NCBI GenBank assembly: GCA_001816585.1
Contig: MHCJ01000003.1
Location: 650,681 to 714,680 of the forward strand
Length of the DNA stretch: 64,000 bases
DNA from: Candidatus Chisholmbacteria bacterium RIFCSPHIGHO2_01_FULL_52_32
Lineage (GTDB): Bacteria; Patescibacteriota; Microgenomatia; UBA1400; Chisholmbacteraceae
Reading direction: 5' to 3'
Under the pieces are notes generated by a model. It searched no databases and was not told the origin of the DNA. It saw nothing but the letters and a program-made list of their open reading frames with translations. The translations under genes and the position numbers were made by a program. Position 1 is the first letter of the stretch, and the number at the start of each line of letters is the position of its first letter. Shown piece by piece: positions 1 through 9,615 of the stretch.

Positions 1-1019
1 AAGATCCGCTCCTTGACCTCTTTGAGGCCATAATGATCGTTCTCGAGGATTTTTTGCGCATTCGGGATCGAGACATTGTTCGGGGAACGAACACTCCAGG
101 GCATTTCTACAACCGTTTCAAGCCAGGTACGGATGTACCCGGACTCCGGATTGTGTACGGACATCTGGGCGAGGCGTTTGAGTTCCTTCTCGGCTTTTTC
201 CCGGGGCCCTTTCGGCATTTTTGCCTCTTTGATTTTTTCTTCGAGCTGGCGGATCTCCTCGTCTTCCCCTCCCTCTTCTCCTAATTCCTTTTGGATGGTC
301 TTCATGCGTTCCCGGAGCACCGCTTCACGCATGCTCTTGTCAAATTTCTTCTGTGTTTTCGACGCGATTTTGCGTTCGATCTCGAGGACTTTAATCTCGT
401 GGGCGAGGTGACTGACGACCTTTTCCAGTCGTTCAAGGACATTGAGGATCTCAAGAAGTTCCTGTTTCTCCGGGGTTTTAATATCGAGTGTGGAGGCGAT
501 TTGATCGGCGAGTTCTCCGGGCTTGACATCGCCCATGAGCTTCATGAAGCTTAAGAACTCCACAGATTTTCCGAGATTGACGGCCCGCTTGAATTCATTC
601 GTCAGGTGCCGACAGAGTCCTTCAACAGCCTCGGACTGTTCGACGAGCTCAGGCAGGGGCATAACTTCGGCAATCAAGTACTCTCCCGTTGAATCGACGT
701 TTAAGAGTCTTACCCTGCTTATTCCTTTGACCACGGCGTTGATCTCTCCATCGGTCTTTAAGGTGCGTTCAATTAGGCTTAGGGTACCGATTTTGTAGAG
801 ATCTTCCGGCTGAGGGTCGGAGACCGTCGCATTCTTCTGGGTGACAAAGATAATCTGGCGGTTGGTTTCGAAGGCGGTGGTGACGCCGGCGACCGATTTC
901 TTTCGGCCGAACACGAGGACTTGCTCCGTATGGGGAAACACCACTCCTTCCCGAATGGCAACCAGAGGAAGACGCTGGGCCGTGTTAGCGGATTGTGGTT
1001 TATTCAGGAGAATCGTCAT
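1..1019 (-). CDS. lon: ATP-dependent Lon protease, N-terminal part (runs off window start)
   Basis: Read manually: ATG at 1019, MTILLNKPQ..LPLVAIREGVVFP (Lon N domain) to AQKILENDHYGLKEVKERI (Lon signature before the AAA+ domain). Confidence 0.95.
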   Translation of the reverse strand, partial: MTILLNKPQSANTAQRLPLVAIREGVVFPHTEQVLVFGRKKSVAGVTTAFETNRQIIFVTQKNATVSDPQPEDLYKIGTLSLIERTLKTDGEINAVVKGISRVRLLNVDSTGEYLIAEVMPLPELVEQSEAVEGLCRHLTNEFKRAVNLGKSVEFLSFMKLMGDVKPGELADQIASTLDIKTPEKQELLEILNVLERLEKVVSHLAHEIKVLEIERKIASKTQKKFDKSMREAVLRERMKTIQKELGEEGGEDEEIRQLEEKIKEAKMPKGPREKAEKELKRLAQMSVHNPESGYIRTWLETVVEMPWSVRSPNNVSIPNAQKILENDHYGLKEVKERI

Positions 1020-1034
1020 ACAGTGTTTGTCTTT

Positions 1035-1068
1035 CTGGCAGTATAGATTAATGAGTGCTAAATGTCAA
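1035..1068 (-). promoter_or_regulatory. sigma70 promoter overlapped by a CIRCE (HrcA operator)-like element upstream of lon
   Basis: Minus strand TTGACA-N17-TATACT overlapping TTAGCACTC-N9-TACTGCCAG (CIRCE consensus TTAGCACTC-N9-GAGTGCTAA). Confidence 0.8.
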
Positions 1069-1164
1069 CCGCGGTTTTCCCAAACTTTTTACCCTTTAGG
1101 CATCTCTCTTTGTCTCCCCAGTGGGGCCTCTCCATGGTACCACAGGAGTTTTTGGGAAGAATGA

Positions 1165-1626
1165 CTAGCCGCGGCGCGGTTTTTCCCGGTCTTTACTGTC
1201 GATGATGATGGTGACCGGGCCATCGTTTAAGAGCGATACCAGCATGTAGTCACCGAATGAACCGGTTGCAACCTTCAGTCGATGCTCTTTAATTCTGGCG
1301 ATGAAACTCTCGTACAGCTGCCTGGCTGCCTCCGTTCCCGCAGCATCGATGAAGCTTGGCCGGTTCCCTTTTCTGGTCCGAGCGTAGAGGGTAAATTGGG
1401 AAACTACCAGGATGGCCCCATCTACCTCCGTCAGGGAGCGGTTCATTTTCCCGTTGGCATCGGCCATTATCCGAAGGGCTGCGATTTTATCCGCCAAATA
1501 CCTGGCATCTGACACACTGTCATCTTTGGCGGCGGCCACCAAAACCAGCAGTCCCGGTCCGATTGCGGTGGTTGCGGTCCCTGTTTTCACGCTGGCTTCT
1601 CTCACTCTTTGAATCACGGCTCGCAT
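1165..1626 (-). CDS. dtd: D-aminoacyl-tRNA deacylase
   Basis: MRAVIQRV start, SQFTL and NDGPVT motifs. Confidence 0.96.
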   Translation of the reverse strand: MRAVIQRVREASVKTGTATTAIGPGLLVLVAAAKDDSVSDARYLADKIAALRIMADANGKMNRSLTEVDGAILVVSQFTLYARTRKGNRPSFIDAAGTEAARQLYESFIARIKEHRLKVATGSFGDYMLVSLLNDGPVTIIIDSKDREKPRRG

Positions 1627-1632
1627 AGAAGG

Positions 1633-2199
1633 TTAGCGTGCCCTCAATCCCGGAAATACGATTGACGATGCTCGTCCGACCAGAAAGCCGATCGCGGCGG
1701 CGGCAAAGGAGACGGTCACCATCTCAAAACCGCTTCGGAGCGGACTTGTTTGTGTGAGTCTCCCCTTTTCCACCCCGACGAGGAAAAGGGTAACGAGGGT
1801 TGCCAAAACCGACACCGCTATCGCCCAACTCACGGGTAAGAAAAGATAGGGAAGGATCGGTACCGAACCGCCCAACACGTAAAATGCGCCCATGAGCCAC
1901 GCTTCCCTGGCCGGGTTGGTCCTGTCGATCTCGTCAATCCGGCGGCGCCTATGCAACGAGAGCTTTGTGCGTTTGGCAAAATGCGCCTCTTTCTCAGATT
2001 TGTCGGAAAGATAGGTCCCAGCAGCCATCGAGAGTGATTCGACCAAAATGACAATAAGGCCGGAAAGGAGGATGACAAAGCGATCCTTAGTACCTGCAGC
2101 AATGCCGGTGACCACACCCAAGGTTGAAACCAGGCTGTCTTCCAGACTAAAGATTATCACTCGAATACTTGAGAGCACAAGGCTCGTCAGACTCGACAT
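1633..2199 (-). CDS. VIT1/CCC1 family Fe/Mn transporter
   Basis: D-SLVS-LG..G, SMAAGTYLS, GGSVPILPY motifs; 5 hydrophobic segments. Confidence 0.88.
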   Translation of the reverse strand: MSSLTSLVLSSIRVIIFSLEDSLVSTLGVVTGIAAGTKDRFVILLSGLIVILVESLSMAAGTYLSDKSEKEAHFAKRTKLSLHRRRRIDEIDRTNPAREAWLMGAFYVLGGSVPILPYLFLPVSWAIAVSVLATLVTLFLVGVEKGRLTQTSPLRSGFEMVTVSFAAAAIGFLVGRASSIVFPGLRAR

Positions 2200-2313
2200 A
2201 TCCTTCTTTATCTCCTGCCTCGATTATATCCCACTCCTAGGTGTGTTTTCGACTGCCTGCCCTTTTTTGGATCTGCCGGTGGGGATTTGCAACTTTCTTT
2301 ATTTTCTACTAGT

Positions 2314-2922
2314 ATGAAGACAATGACCGAGAGTACTCCTGACATTATCAGTCAGCGCTATCAGGAAATCCAGGCCCTCTCCCCGACGGCAGATTCCGCT
2401 CAGGCTGTCCCTGAAGGGCCAACCATATCTGTCTCTTCATTTTTGAGCCTCTCCCTGTTTATCTTCTTTTTTGTGGTTGTGTTTCTTGGTTTTCTGCCGC
2501 TTGTCATCGGACGGTTTCGCGATTTCAAGCGCTTCCAGATGGCCATGATTATGGCCTTCCTCGCCGGCGCTCTTCCCTTGACCGTCGGATTGGTCCTTCA
2601 TCAAAGCGGGATTTTGACCAAAGCCGACATTGAGGAGGCCCCTCGTCATATCAAGATCGTTGAGGTTGCCCCGACGAGCTTTCGGATCCGGTGGGAGACC
2701 GCCGGTTTTCAGTACGGAGCGCTTCGCTACGGTGTAAAACCGGCTTCAACCGCCCTCACGCGCACGGTGCTTGAGGTGGGAGGTTTAACACGGAGTACGG
2801 AACATGACCTGATTGTTTCGGATCTTGTCCCCGAAACCGACTACTATTTTGAACTGCTCTCCGGGGCTCATTGGTACGACAACAACGGGGTATTCCTTAC
2901 GGTTCAAACGCTTCCGAAGTGA
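2314..2922 (+). CDS. membrane protein with C-terminal fibronectin type III-like domain
   Basis: Two TM segments then PRHIKI..SFRIRWET..YG..H...SDLVPETDYYF. Confidence 0.75.
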   Translation: MKTMTESTPDIISQRYQEIQALSPTADSAQAVPEGPTISVSSFLSLSLFIFFFVVVFLGFLPLVIGRFRDFKRFQMAMIMAFLAGALPLTVGLVLHQSGILTKADIEEAPRHIKIVEVAPTSFRIRWETAGFQYGALRYGVKPASTALTRTVLEVGGLTRSTEHDLIVSDLVPETDYYFELLSGAHWYDNNGVFLTVQTLPK

Positions 2923-2939
2923 GGGGGATTTTGGGGGGG

Positions 2940-3305
2940 TTATTCCAAAGCTGCAAGCGCTTCTTTGGCGATCTGTTGCGGAGTGTATTTCTGTTTACTC
3001 AAGAAGGCCACCGCGCCCAGTTCCATGGCTTTTTTGGGATTCTCTCCCTGGTCGAAGTTTGACAGGACGACGACCGGGATGCTTTCGGTGGCGTCATCGC
3101 CTTTCAGTTCTTTGAGGACGGAGAGACCGAGTTTCTCGGGAAGAATGATGTCAAGTAAGATCAGATCCGGCTTCTCCTTTTTCGCCATTTCCAACCCCCG
3201 CTGTCCATTGGTCGCGATTGAGACGGTCAGCCCCACGAGCTCAAGCTCGGTTTTATACAGCTTGGTAAGATTTTCGTCGTCTTCAACTAAGAGAACGCTG
3301 ACCAT
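2940..3305 (-). CDS. single-domain response regulator (receiver)
   Basis: LLVEDD, LILLDIILP, LSN, K motif. Confidence 0.93.
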   Translation of the reverse strand: MVSVLLVEDDENLTKLYKTELELVGLTVSIATNGQRGLEMAKKEKPDLILLDIILPEKLGLSVLKELKGDDATESIPVVVLSNFDQGENPKKAMELGAVAFLSKQKYTPQQIAKEALAALE

Positions 3306-3310
3306 ATATT

Positions 3311-3369
3311 AATGTTTAATGTTCAATGTTTAATGTTTAATGTTTAATGTTTAATGTTTAATGTTTAAT
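3311..3369. repeat. tandem heptamer (AATGTTT)x8
   Basis: Seen directly; one AATGTTC variant. Confidence 0.95.
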
Positions 3370-3432
3370 CTTACACATTCATTGAATATTTAAGGGTTCT
3401 GCTTCCCAGAGTAGCATAGCGGCCGATGGCTT

Positions 3433-5088
3433 TCAAGTTTCGCTCTTTGGGATCGTGAAGGAGAATGTTGAGCCTTCGCCCGGTTTTGACTCCACCCAAA
3501 TTTTTCCGCCGTGTGCCTCGACAATGCCTTTGGCAATCACCAGTCCCAAACCCGTTCCTTGAGCCGTACGGGGTAGTTTGGTTTCGAGCTGGCCGAATTT
3601 GGAAAAGAGGCGGGCTTGATCCTGCGGCTTTATCCCTTCACCCGTATCCTTGAATGCAATCGTCAGTTCCTTCTCAGAATCCCGAAGGCCGACTTCGATT
3701 CCCCCAGTTTTGGTGAAGTTAATCGCGTTTGACAGAAGGTTTACGATCACCTGGCCGATCCGTACCGGATCGAACATGACCTCCGGTGTTTGCTCCGGAA
3801 GCATGAGCGTTATCCCGAGCCCCTTCTCCATCGCCAAGGGTTTGTACTCCTCTACTTTCTCCCTGAGCACCTTTCCCATGTCGCTCTTCGTTACCGTTAT
3901 CTGGAATTTTCCCGATTCGATTTTTGCAACGTCCAGCAAGTTATTGACGATTGCAAGCATATCCTGGCTTGACTGTTCAATCATGTGCAGGTATTCCGTC
4001 CGTTTGGCTTCCGGAAAGGCATCCGGATGCGCAAGGATGGTATTTGAGGCGCCGCGGACGGCGGTTAACGGCGCCCGCAGCTCATGGACCATCATGGCCG
4101 TGAAATCTTCACGGAGACGCTCAAGCTCTTTTTCTTTTGAAATATCATGAAGCATCAGCACCGTCCCGAGGAGGGTCTGTTTTGGGTCTTTGACCGGAGA
4201 GATGAACACTTGTACCACGCGGTCCTCGAGCACCACTCCGTCGACGACGATCAGGGTGTCTTTGTGAACCGCCTCGTCCATCTTCTCCCGAATGTTTGTC
4301 TTCTTGCCTAACACGTCCATGACACTCAGGACCGACGGTGTTTCGTCGGGAATTTTCAGAAAGGATTTCGCTGCGGGATTGATCACTAAAAGCCGCATTT
4401 CCTGATCAACCATGATGACGCCTTCCGACATGGACGCCACCGTCGATTCGAGCTTGCCTTTTTCCGTTTCCAGCACATGCCGTAATTTGCTGACCGCAGA
4501 TGAAGCCTGGGCGACGATCCGGTAGAGGATCATCATCTCGTCTTCTTTATAGAGTCCCGGAGTCGTTGAAGCGATGTTTATTAGGCCGGTCAGCTTCTCG
4601 CTGATGACGATGGGGATGTTGAAAAACGATCCGACAAGTTTGTCGCTCTGCTCGCTTACCACCGTTCCTGTTTGTTGTTCCGCAACCGGAACCGAACGGA
4701 TTTGCTTGCCTACGAACGCTTCAAGAGAGGCGAGCATGCTCTCTTTTATCTCGTTTAAGAAGGTCCGGCTTACCGATTCCTCAAGATGGGTCTTGAAGGT
4801 GAGGCTGTCTTTTCCGACCAGCATGGATGAGACGGTCGAATAGGAGAAGAGTTTGCCGATAGAACCGGCGATTATCTCAACGACTTTGGCTTCATCCAGT
4901 TCATAGCCGAAGCGCTCTCCAAGTTCCCGGAGAATCTCGGATTCATAGGCCTCACGCTTGAGGGCAGCTTCGCGGACCGCAAGCTTCTCTCTGGTGCGCT
5001 TTTCCCCCTTCAGGGCAGAGGCAATAAGGTATGCGGCACCTCCTAAGATTCCTGTGAATAGGATCGCGGCAATGGGCGGGACGGTCAT
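3433..5088 (-). CDS. sensor histidine kinase (TM-GAF-PAS-HisKA-HATPase)
   Basis: HELRAPLT, NLLSNAINFT, DTGEGI, GTGLGL boxes. Confidence 0.94.
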   Translation of the reverse strand: MTVPPIAAILFTGILGGAAYLIASALKGEKRTREKLAVREAALKREAYESEILRELGERFGYELDEAKVVEIIAGSIGKLFSYSTVSSMLVGKDSLTFKTHLEESVSRTFLNEIKESMLASLEAFVGKQIRSVPVAEQQTGTVVSEQSDKLVGSFFNIPIVISEKLTGLINIASTTPGLYKEDEMMILYRIVAQASSAVSKLRHVLETEKGKLESTVASMSEGVIMVDQEMRLLVINPAAKSFLKIPDETPSVLSVMDVLGKKTNIREKMDEAVHKDTLIVVDGVVLEDRVVQVFISPVKDPKQTLLGTVLMLHDISKEKELERLREDFTAMMVHELRAPLTAVRGASNTILAHPDAFPEAKRTEYLHMIEQSSQDMLAIVNNLLDVAKIESGKFQITVTKSDMGKVLREKVEEYKPLAMEKGLGITLMLPEQTPEVMFDPVRIGQVIVNLLSNAINFTKTGGIEVGLRDSEKELTIAFKDTGEGIKPQDQARLFSKFGQLETKLPRTAQGTGLGLVIAKGIVEAHGGKIWVESKPGEGSTFSFTIPKSET

Positions 5089-5189
5089 GGGCTACTTCCC
5101 AATCCCGCAAGGGAAGCAATGGACTTAAGCAACCCGTGTTCCTTCTTCCCTACGGGATTTCAGCTCGGAAAATCTTTACTATATGGTCA

Positions 5190-5504
5190 TCAGACGTGCG
5201 AGGGCGATTGGCCCTCGCGAGCTTCAACATTTGGCAGTTTAATCCACGGGCATTGCCTAAGGAGGGGTTGAAGGGTTTTCACGACCACCATGTTTGAGAG
5301 GCCGACAAATTTGTCAACCATGCCTTGGATGACTGCTTGCGGGTCTCCTTCGATCGCAAGCACTTCACCGTTTTGGGACAGCTTTAATCCTTGAAGATCC
5401 GCCAAGGTTTTCACCAAGACATGTTCATCAAGCACTTGCCGAAGCTCCCGAAGCATATCGGAGATGAGATTTTTGTACTCATTGGGCTGGGTTGACTGGT
5501 TCAT
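5190..5504 (-). CDS. hypothetical protein upstream of kinase
   Basis: 104-aa ORF, start overlaps upstream stop (ATGA coupling). Confidence 0.7.
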   Translation of the reverse strand: MNQSTQPNEYKNLISDMLRELRQVLDEHVLVKTLADLQGLKLSQNGEVLAIEGDPQAVIQGMVDKFVGLSNMVVVKTLQPLLRQCPWIKLPNVEAREGQSPSHV

Positions 5505-5794
5505 TTCCTGTCCTCCATACGCTTTTTAATATCATTGTGAAAATTCGGGAAATAGAGGCCGATCCTGGTGAAGTCAAATTTGGGAAGGATTTTCTCCTTC
5601 GGTTCCTGATCGAGCAGGTACTCAAAGGCCTTTTTTATCAGGTGCTCCGGTTTCACATCGCCGTTCGTGAGGCGTTGATAATCCGCCTTATTCAGCGTTA
5701 CCTGGTGCTGGGTCTGCGACGTTTCGTCTTTGACCACCACGCTGAACATATAGATCTGATTTTCCATGAGTTTGGTGACCGTCACTTCTGCCAT
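5501..5794 (-). CDS. hypothetical protein
   Basis: ORF with LIKKAFEYLLDQEPKEKIL..F...I..YFP. Confidence 0.7.
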   Translation of the reverse strand: MAEVTVTKLMENQIYMFSVVVKDETSQTQHQVTLNKADYQRLTNGDVKPEHLIKKAFEYLLDQEPKEKILPKFDFTRIGLYFPNFHNDIKKRMEDRK

Positions 5795-5854
5795 ATGCTT
5801 TTTCCAGTATTGCACATTTCATCCGTCCTTACCAACACTTTCGTGGTGTATGAT

Positions 5855-6727
5855 ATGAACACGATGACGCAAGTACGGCGGGATTTTCGAGTAGGGAAAG
5901 TGGCCATTGTCGGACGGCCGAATGTGGGTAAGTCCACCCTGCTCAATGCCTTTGTTCAACATAAAGTCGCCATCATTTCCCCAAAACCCCAAACCACCCG
6001 GGCGCAAATCGTGGCTTTTTTTGAAGATGACCGCGGCCAGATCTTTTTCTTTGACACACCAGGTTTCTATTCTACCCGGGCCGGAGTTTCCCATTACAAT
6101 TCCCTGATGGCGGATGCGATTGGGGAGGCAGATCTGGTTCTCTATGTGGTCGACCATACGCGCGACTGGGGAGAAGAAGAGGAGCGGATTTGGAACGCGG
6201 TTTCGGCAAGTGAAAAACCGGTTCTCCTCATCCTGAATAAAATCGATGTTCCGGGGCATAGCTTCCGGGATTCCTACCTGGCTCTGCTTGAGAAACGGGT
6301 GAAGGCTGTGGTTCCGGTTTCTGCACTTTTGGAACAGCACGTACGATCCGTAATCGATCAGATTTTCGCACTCCTGCCTGTGGGCGTTCGGGATGCGACC
6401 GTTGACTTTTTCCCGACTCCCCTGCTGTCCCAATCGAGTAAGGAGTATTTGGCGGAGCTGTTGCGAGAAAAAGTGTACCTTAATACCGGACAAGAAGTGC
6501 CTTACCAGACAAGCGCGCGGATTACCTCTGTTGATGAGGATGAAGAAAAAAATACGCTTAAGATCGTCGGTAAAATTATCGTTTCGGATGAGCGGTATAA
6601 GGGGATGCTGATCGGCCGGAAGGGAGTCAAGATCGCACAAATCAGAACCGCCTTCCGGCGCGAGTTGGAACTTGCAACCGGAAAGCGGGTTCTTATCAAT
6701 CTTCAAGTCGTAACAAACGACGAATGA
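5855..6727 (+). CDS. era: GTPase Era
   Basis: VAIVGRPNVGKSTLLN, SPKPQTTR, DTPG, NKID, KH-like LIGRKG. Confidence 0.95.
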   Translation: MNTMTQVRRDFRVGKVAIVGRPNVGKSTLLNAFVQHKVAIISPKPQTTRAQIVAFFEDDRGQIFFFDTPGFYSTRAGVSHYNSLMADAIGEADLVLYVVDHTRDWGEEEERIWNAVSASEKPVLLILNKIDVPGHSFRDSYLALLEKRVKAVVPVSALLEQHVRSVIDQIFALLPVGVRDATVDFFPTPLLSQSSKEYLAELLREKVYLNTGQEVPYQTSARITSVDEDEEKNTLKIVGKIIVSDERYKGMLIGRKGVKIAQIRTAFRRELELATGKRVLINLQVVTNDE

Positions 6728-6730
6728 AGT

Positions 6731-6988
6731 TTAGCGTTGCCGAGGCGGTCTTGCTTCGTTGACGACAATTTTCCTGCCGTCCCAGTCTTTACCGTTGAAC
6801 AAGTCAATTGCCTTTAGGGCTGCCTTGTCATCGCCATATTCGACAAAACCAAAACCTTTTGAACGTCCGCTCATACGATCAGTAATCACCGCAGCGGAAA
6901 CAACGTCTCCTGCTTCGGAAAACTTCTGACCGAGAACATCGTCTGTTACTGTGTAGGGAAGATTCCCTACGTAGAGTTTCTTAGCCAA
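6731..6988 (-). CDS. RRM-domain RNA-binding protein
   Basis: RNP2 KLYVGNL and RNP1 KGFGFVEY. Confidence 0.95.
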   Translation of the reverse strand: MAKKLYVGNLPYTVTDDVLGQKFSEAGDVVSAAVITDRMSGRSKGFGFVEYGDDKAALKAIDLFNGKDWDGRKIVVNEARPPRQR

Positions 6989-7190
6989 TTTCTGTCACCT
7001 CCCTTCGGAGGGGTATGTAGAGCTCTCAGAAACTCTCCGGGAATCTCTTTTTTGCAAAGCGAAAAAGAAGCGTACCACGTGCAGTCTCTGTCACTCAAAC
7101 AGGGGTAGTATACCGTATTTTTGGGTATGCGCAAGTCCCAACGCTGATTTTCCGTCTTTCATCTGGTAAAATAAGAGTGTATCTGATTAA

Positions 7191-7261
7191 TGCGAGGTCT
7201 GCCAATGGTAGGCAAACGGGCTCTGAACCCGTGAATCTAGGTTCGAATCCTAGCCTCGCAG
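7191..7261 (+). tRNA. tRNA-Gln(CTG)
   Basis: Acceptor TGCGAGG/CCTCGCA, anticodon arm ACGGG-CTCTGAA-CCCGT, T-arm CTAGG-TTCGAAT-CCTAG; CCA not encoded. Confidence 0.95.
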
Positions 7262-7523
7262 CTAATTGAACAATAGTGAGTTGAGGGGTGGGGTAAGTTA
7301 CGAAATCTCAAGAAAGTGGCGTGTTTCTTGATTGATTTCCTCTGGGTTATTTAGTAAATCTACCCATTGAACTGCTCTAAAATCGTTCGAGGGACATTAA
7401 GTAAGAAGAAGAAAGTTCTCGGGAGGTAGCGCTTGCCGCGCCAATTTCCTCGAATGTCTGAAGCGATTCGTTCCTGGTATGGAGGGTAAAAGCCCTCCAC
7501 TTTTGTGTTATACTACCTCCGCC

Positions 7524-7799
7524 ATGGAAACGAAGGTCTTAAACTACCGAATCATCATTGAGCCAGATAAGCAAACGGGAACGGGAAAACCTGGTTTTAC
7601 CGCTTTTTGTCCAACATTGGGAGTGGCCGATGATGGCGATACTGTCGAAGAGGCGATTCAGCATGTGCGGGGTGCCATGAAAGCATATGTTGAGAGTCTT
7701 ATTGCTGATAAACAACCCGTTCCTATTGATAGGCCAGAGCGGGACATTGTGACTACAACCCAAATCAATGTCAGGCGTAATTTTCAAATCGCTTCGTAA
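7524..7799 (+). CDS. hicB: HicB family antitoxin
   Basis: GFTAFCPTLGVADDGDTVEEA motif. Confidence 0.9.
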   Translation: METKVLNYRIIIEPDKQTGTGKPGFTAFCPTLGVADDGDTVEEAIQHVRGAMKAYVESLIADKQPVPIDRPERDIVTTTQINVRRNFQIAS

Positions 7800-8020
7800 T
7801 GCCGAAACTGCCTCAAATCAAACCTCGTCAAATTGAAAAGGTTCTTATTCAATCCGGTTTCTCTCCTCGATCTACGAAAAGTGAACATGTCGTTTTCACC
7901 CATTCCGATGGTCGCCGTACTGTTGTGCCAGTTCACAACCGGCCTGTGCGGACCGGCACATTGCGTGCAATTCTTCGCCAAGCGAAGATTTCGGTTGATG
8001 AATTTCTTAAACTTCTATAA
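7799..8020 (+). CDS. hicA: HicA family toxin
   Basis: GF...KSEHVVFTH..RTVVPVH..GTLRAILRQA. Confidence 0.92.
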   Translation: MPKLPQIKPRQIEKVLIQSGFSPRSTKSEHVVFTHSDGRRTVVPVHNRPVRTGTLRAILRQAKISVDEFLKLL

Positions 8021-8396
8021 TAGTGAGTTTCAACATCGTCAACCAGCGCCAGCCGATTAGACTCTGGTTCGACAACGCCCTTCGGTCATAAGCTCAGGGT
8101 CGAATGACTCACCATCGCTCAGGGCTATAGCCAGTCTAAGACGATCAGCGAAAATAACGTATCTGGTACGACAGGGGCAGGACATACTGAAGTCGAGGTG
8201 AATACGGCAATCGCGGAGGAATTGAAACGGTTGCTCAAACTCTGAGCACCAAAAACGCTCTGGTTGAATTAATGTGCTATCCGCTTATGAACATTCACTT
8301 CCATCTCCTTGTCAGGAAGCCTGGCGGGCGGTATAGTCATGACCGTGCTGGGTAAGATCCTGATTGTTCAATCCCATACATTGTTGTTTTCGTCTT

Positions 8397-9434
8397 ATGA
8401 GAAGCGTTGAAGCTGAAACAAAGGAAGCGTTGGTTTCTCCGATAGACAGCCTGGCTATTATCGGCCGCGGCCTGGTTGGCTCAATGTTTGTCGAAAGATT
8501 TACTGCATTGGAAGGGCTGAAGGTTCTGGCAGCGGGGCGGGGGGAGATCGCCTCCGTCATGGAACAGCAGCCGGAGGTGGTGTTGGCGGCCACTCCCAAT
8601 CCGGTAGGAGAAGTGGCAGCGGAACTAGCTGCCCGGGCGATAGCCCCGTTCAGCTTGGTGCTGCCGCAAAACGGTGTGGGGGTAATTGAGCAGGCGCAGC
8701 GCGCGTTGGGACGAAGCGATATCTCCCTCATACGGGCCAGTCTGTATACCATGGTCAGTCAAAGCGATAACGGCGTTGCGTATGACCCGGCGAAACTGCG
8801 CCTTACCCTCTCGCCGGGCCGGCACCAGGATCGTCGAGAGTTGTCGCGCGTCCGTTTGGCTCTGATGTCAGCCGGGTTTGCAGTCGTCACCTGCGAAAAT
8901 CCCCGCGATATGGAATGGACCAAACTTCTGGTTAACAGTATCGGGTCCACCTCGACCGTTACCGGGCTAACCCCCCGGGAAACTTTTGTCGACGAGAATC
9001 TCTTCAGCCTGGAGTTAACCGGGCTGCGGCAGCGGTCAGCCGTTATCAGGGCCGGCGGAATAAAACTTGTGAACATTCCCTGGGCCAAAACACCGCTGTT
9101 GCGGCTGGGGGCTTCAGTGCTGCCTTCATATGTACCCGGAGCGTTAAAGCAACTCATTGCCGAAACCGTTGCCGAGGGACGGGACAATCTGCCCTCAGCT
9201 GCCGCCAGGAAGATTACGGAAGGCCGAGAGCCCTCAGAAGCCCTGGAGTATCATCTGCCGTTTATACAATTGGCAAAGGAGACAGGTCTCACTGCCACGG
9301 TGGACGAGGCGATTGTCGAGGTCATCCAGCAACACCTGCGAGGCGAAATTCATTTACAGGAGATGACATCCCGACAGAAGACTGACCTACTGACTCTGGT
9401 TCTTCGTAACGGAGGTTCTTTACCCCGGAAGTGA
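8397..9434 (+). CDS. ketopantoate reductase family protein
   Basis: GRGLVG Rossmann motif, PQNGVG, WTKLLVN. Confidence 0.8.
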   Translation: MRSVEAETKEALVSPIDSLAIIGRGLVGSMFVERFTALEGLKVLAAGRGEIASVMEQQPEVVLAATPNPVGEVAAELAARAIAPFSLVLPQNGVGVIEQAQRALGRSDISLIRASLYTMVSQSDNGVAYDPAKLRLTLSPGRHQDRRELSRVRLALMSAGFAVVTCENPRDMEWTKLLVNSIGSTSTVTGLTPRETFVDENLFSLELTGLRQRSAVIRAGGIKLVNIPWAKTPLLRLGASVLPSYVPGALKQLIAETVAEGRDNLPSAAARKITEGREPSEALEYHLPFIQLAKETGLTATVDEAIVEVIQQHLRGEIHLQEMTSRQKTDLLTLVLRNGGSLPRK

Positions 9435-9440
9435 TAGACT

Positions 9441-9615
9441 CTCTTCCACCCCGGAGGTGTAGCGGTTCACATACGGCTTCGCCACTCCCGGTGCGGGGTG
9501 GCTACCCCAGCACCAGACCAGTCAGACTGGTCGGTGCGGGATTTCGCCTCGGAGGATTGTGAAGAAGCCTGCCTACCGGCAGGCAGGCCCCCAGCTTTAG
9601 CTGGGGGAGGCTCAC
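9441..9615 (+). repeat. structured repeat cluster ending in an IS200/IS605 right-end-like hairpin and TCAC
   Basis: CACCCCGGAGGTG; ACCAGACCAGTCAGACTGGTCGGT; GAAGCC[TGCCTACCGGCAGGCAGG]CCCCCAGCTTTAGCTGGGGGAGGCTCAC. Confidence 0.6.

Noticed and set aside
5819-6706. Long antisense ORFs (also 15170-16207, 9675-10337, 11113-11844, 58663-59319)
   Set aside because: Shadow frames opposite well-supported genes, with no recognisable motifs
7191-7261. tRNA-Gln as an attachment site of an integrated element
   Set aside because: No integrase and no duplicated tRNA 3' end found by eye in the window
8130-8245. Possible orphan 3' gene fragment after REP-like hairpins
   Set aside because: Too short to assign without a search
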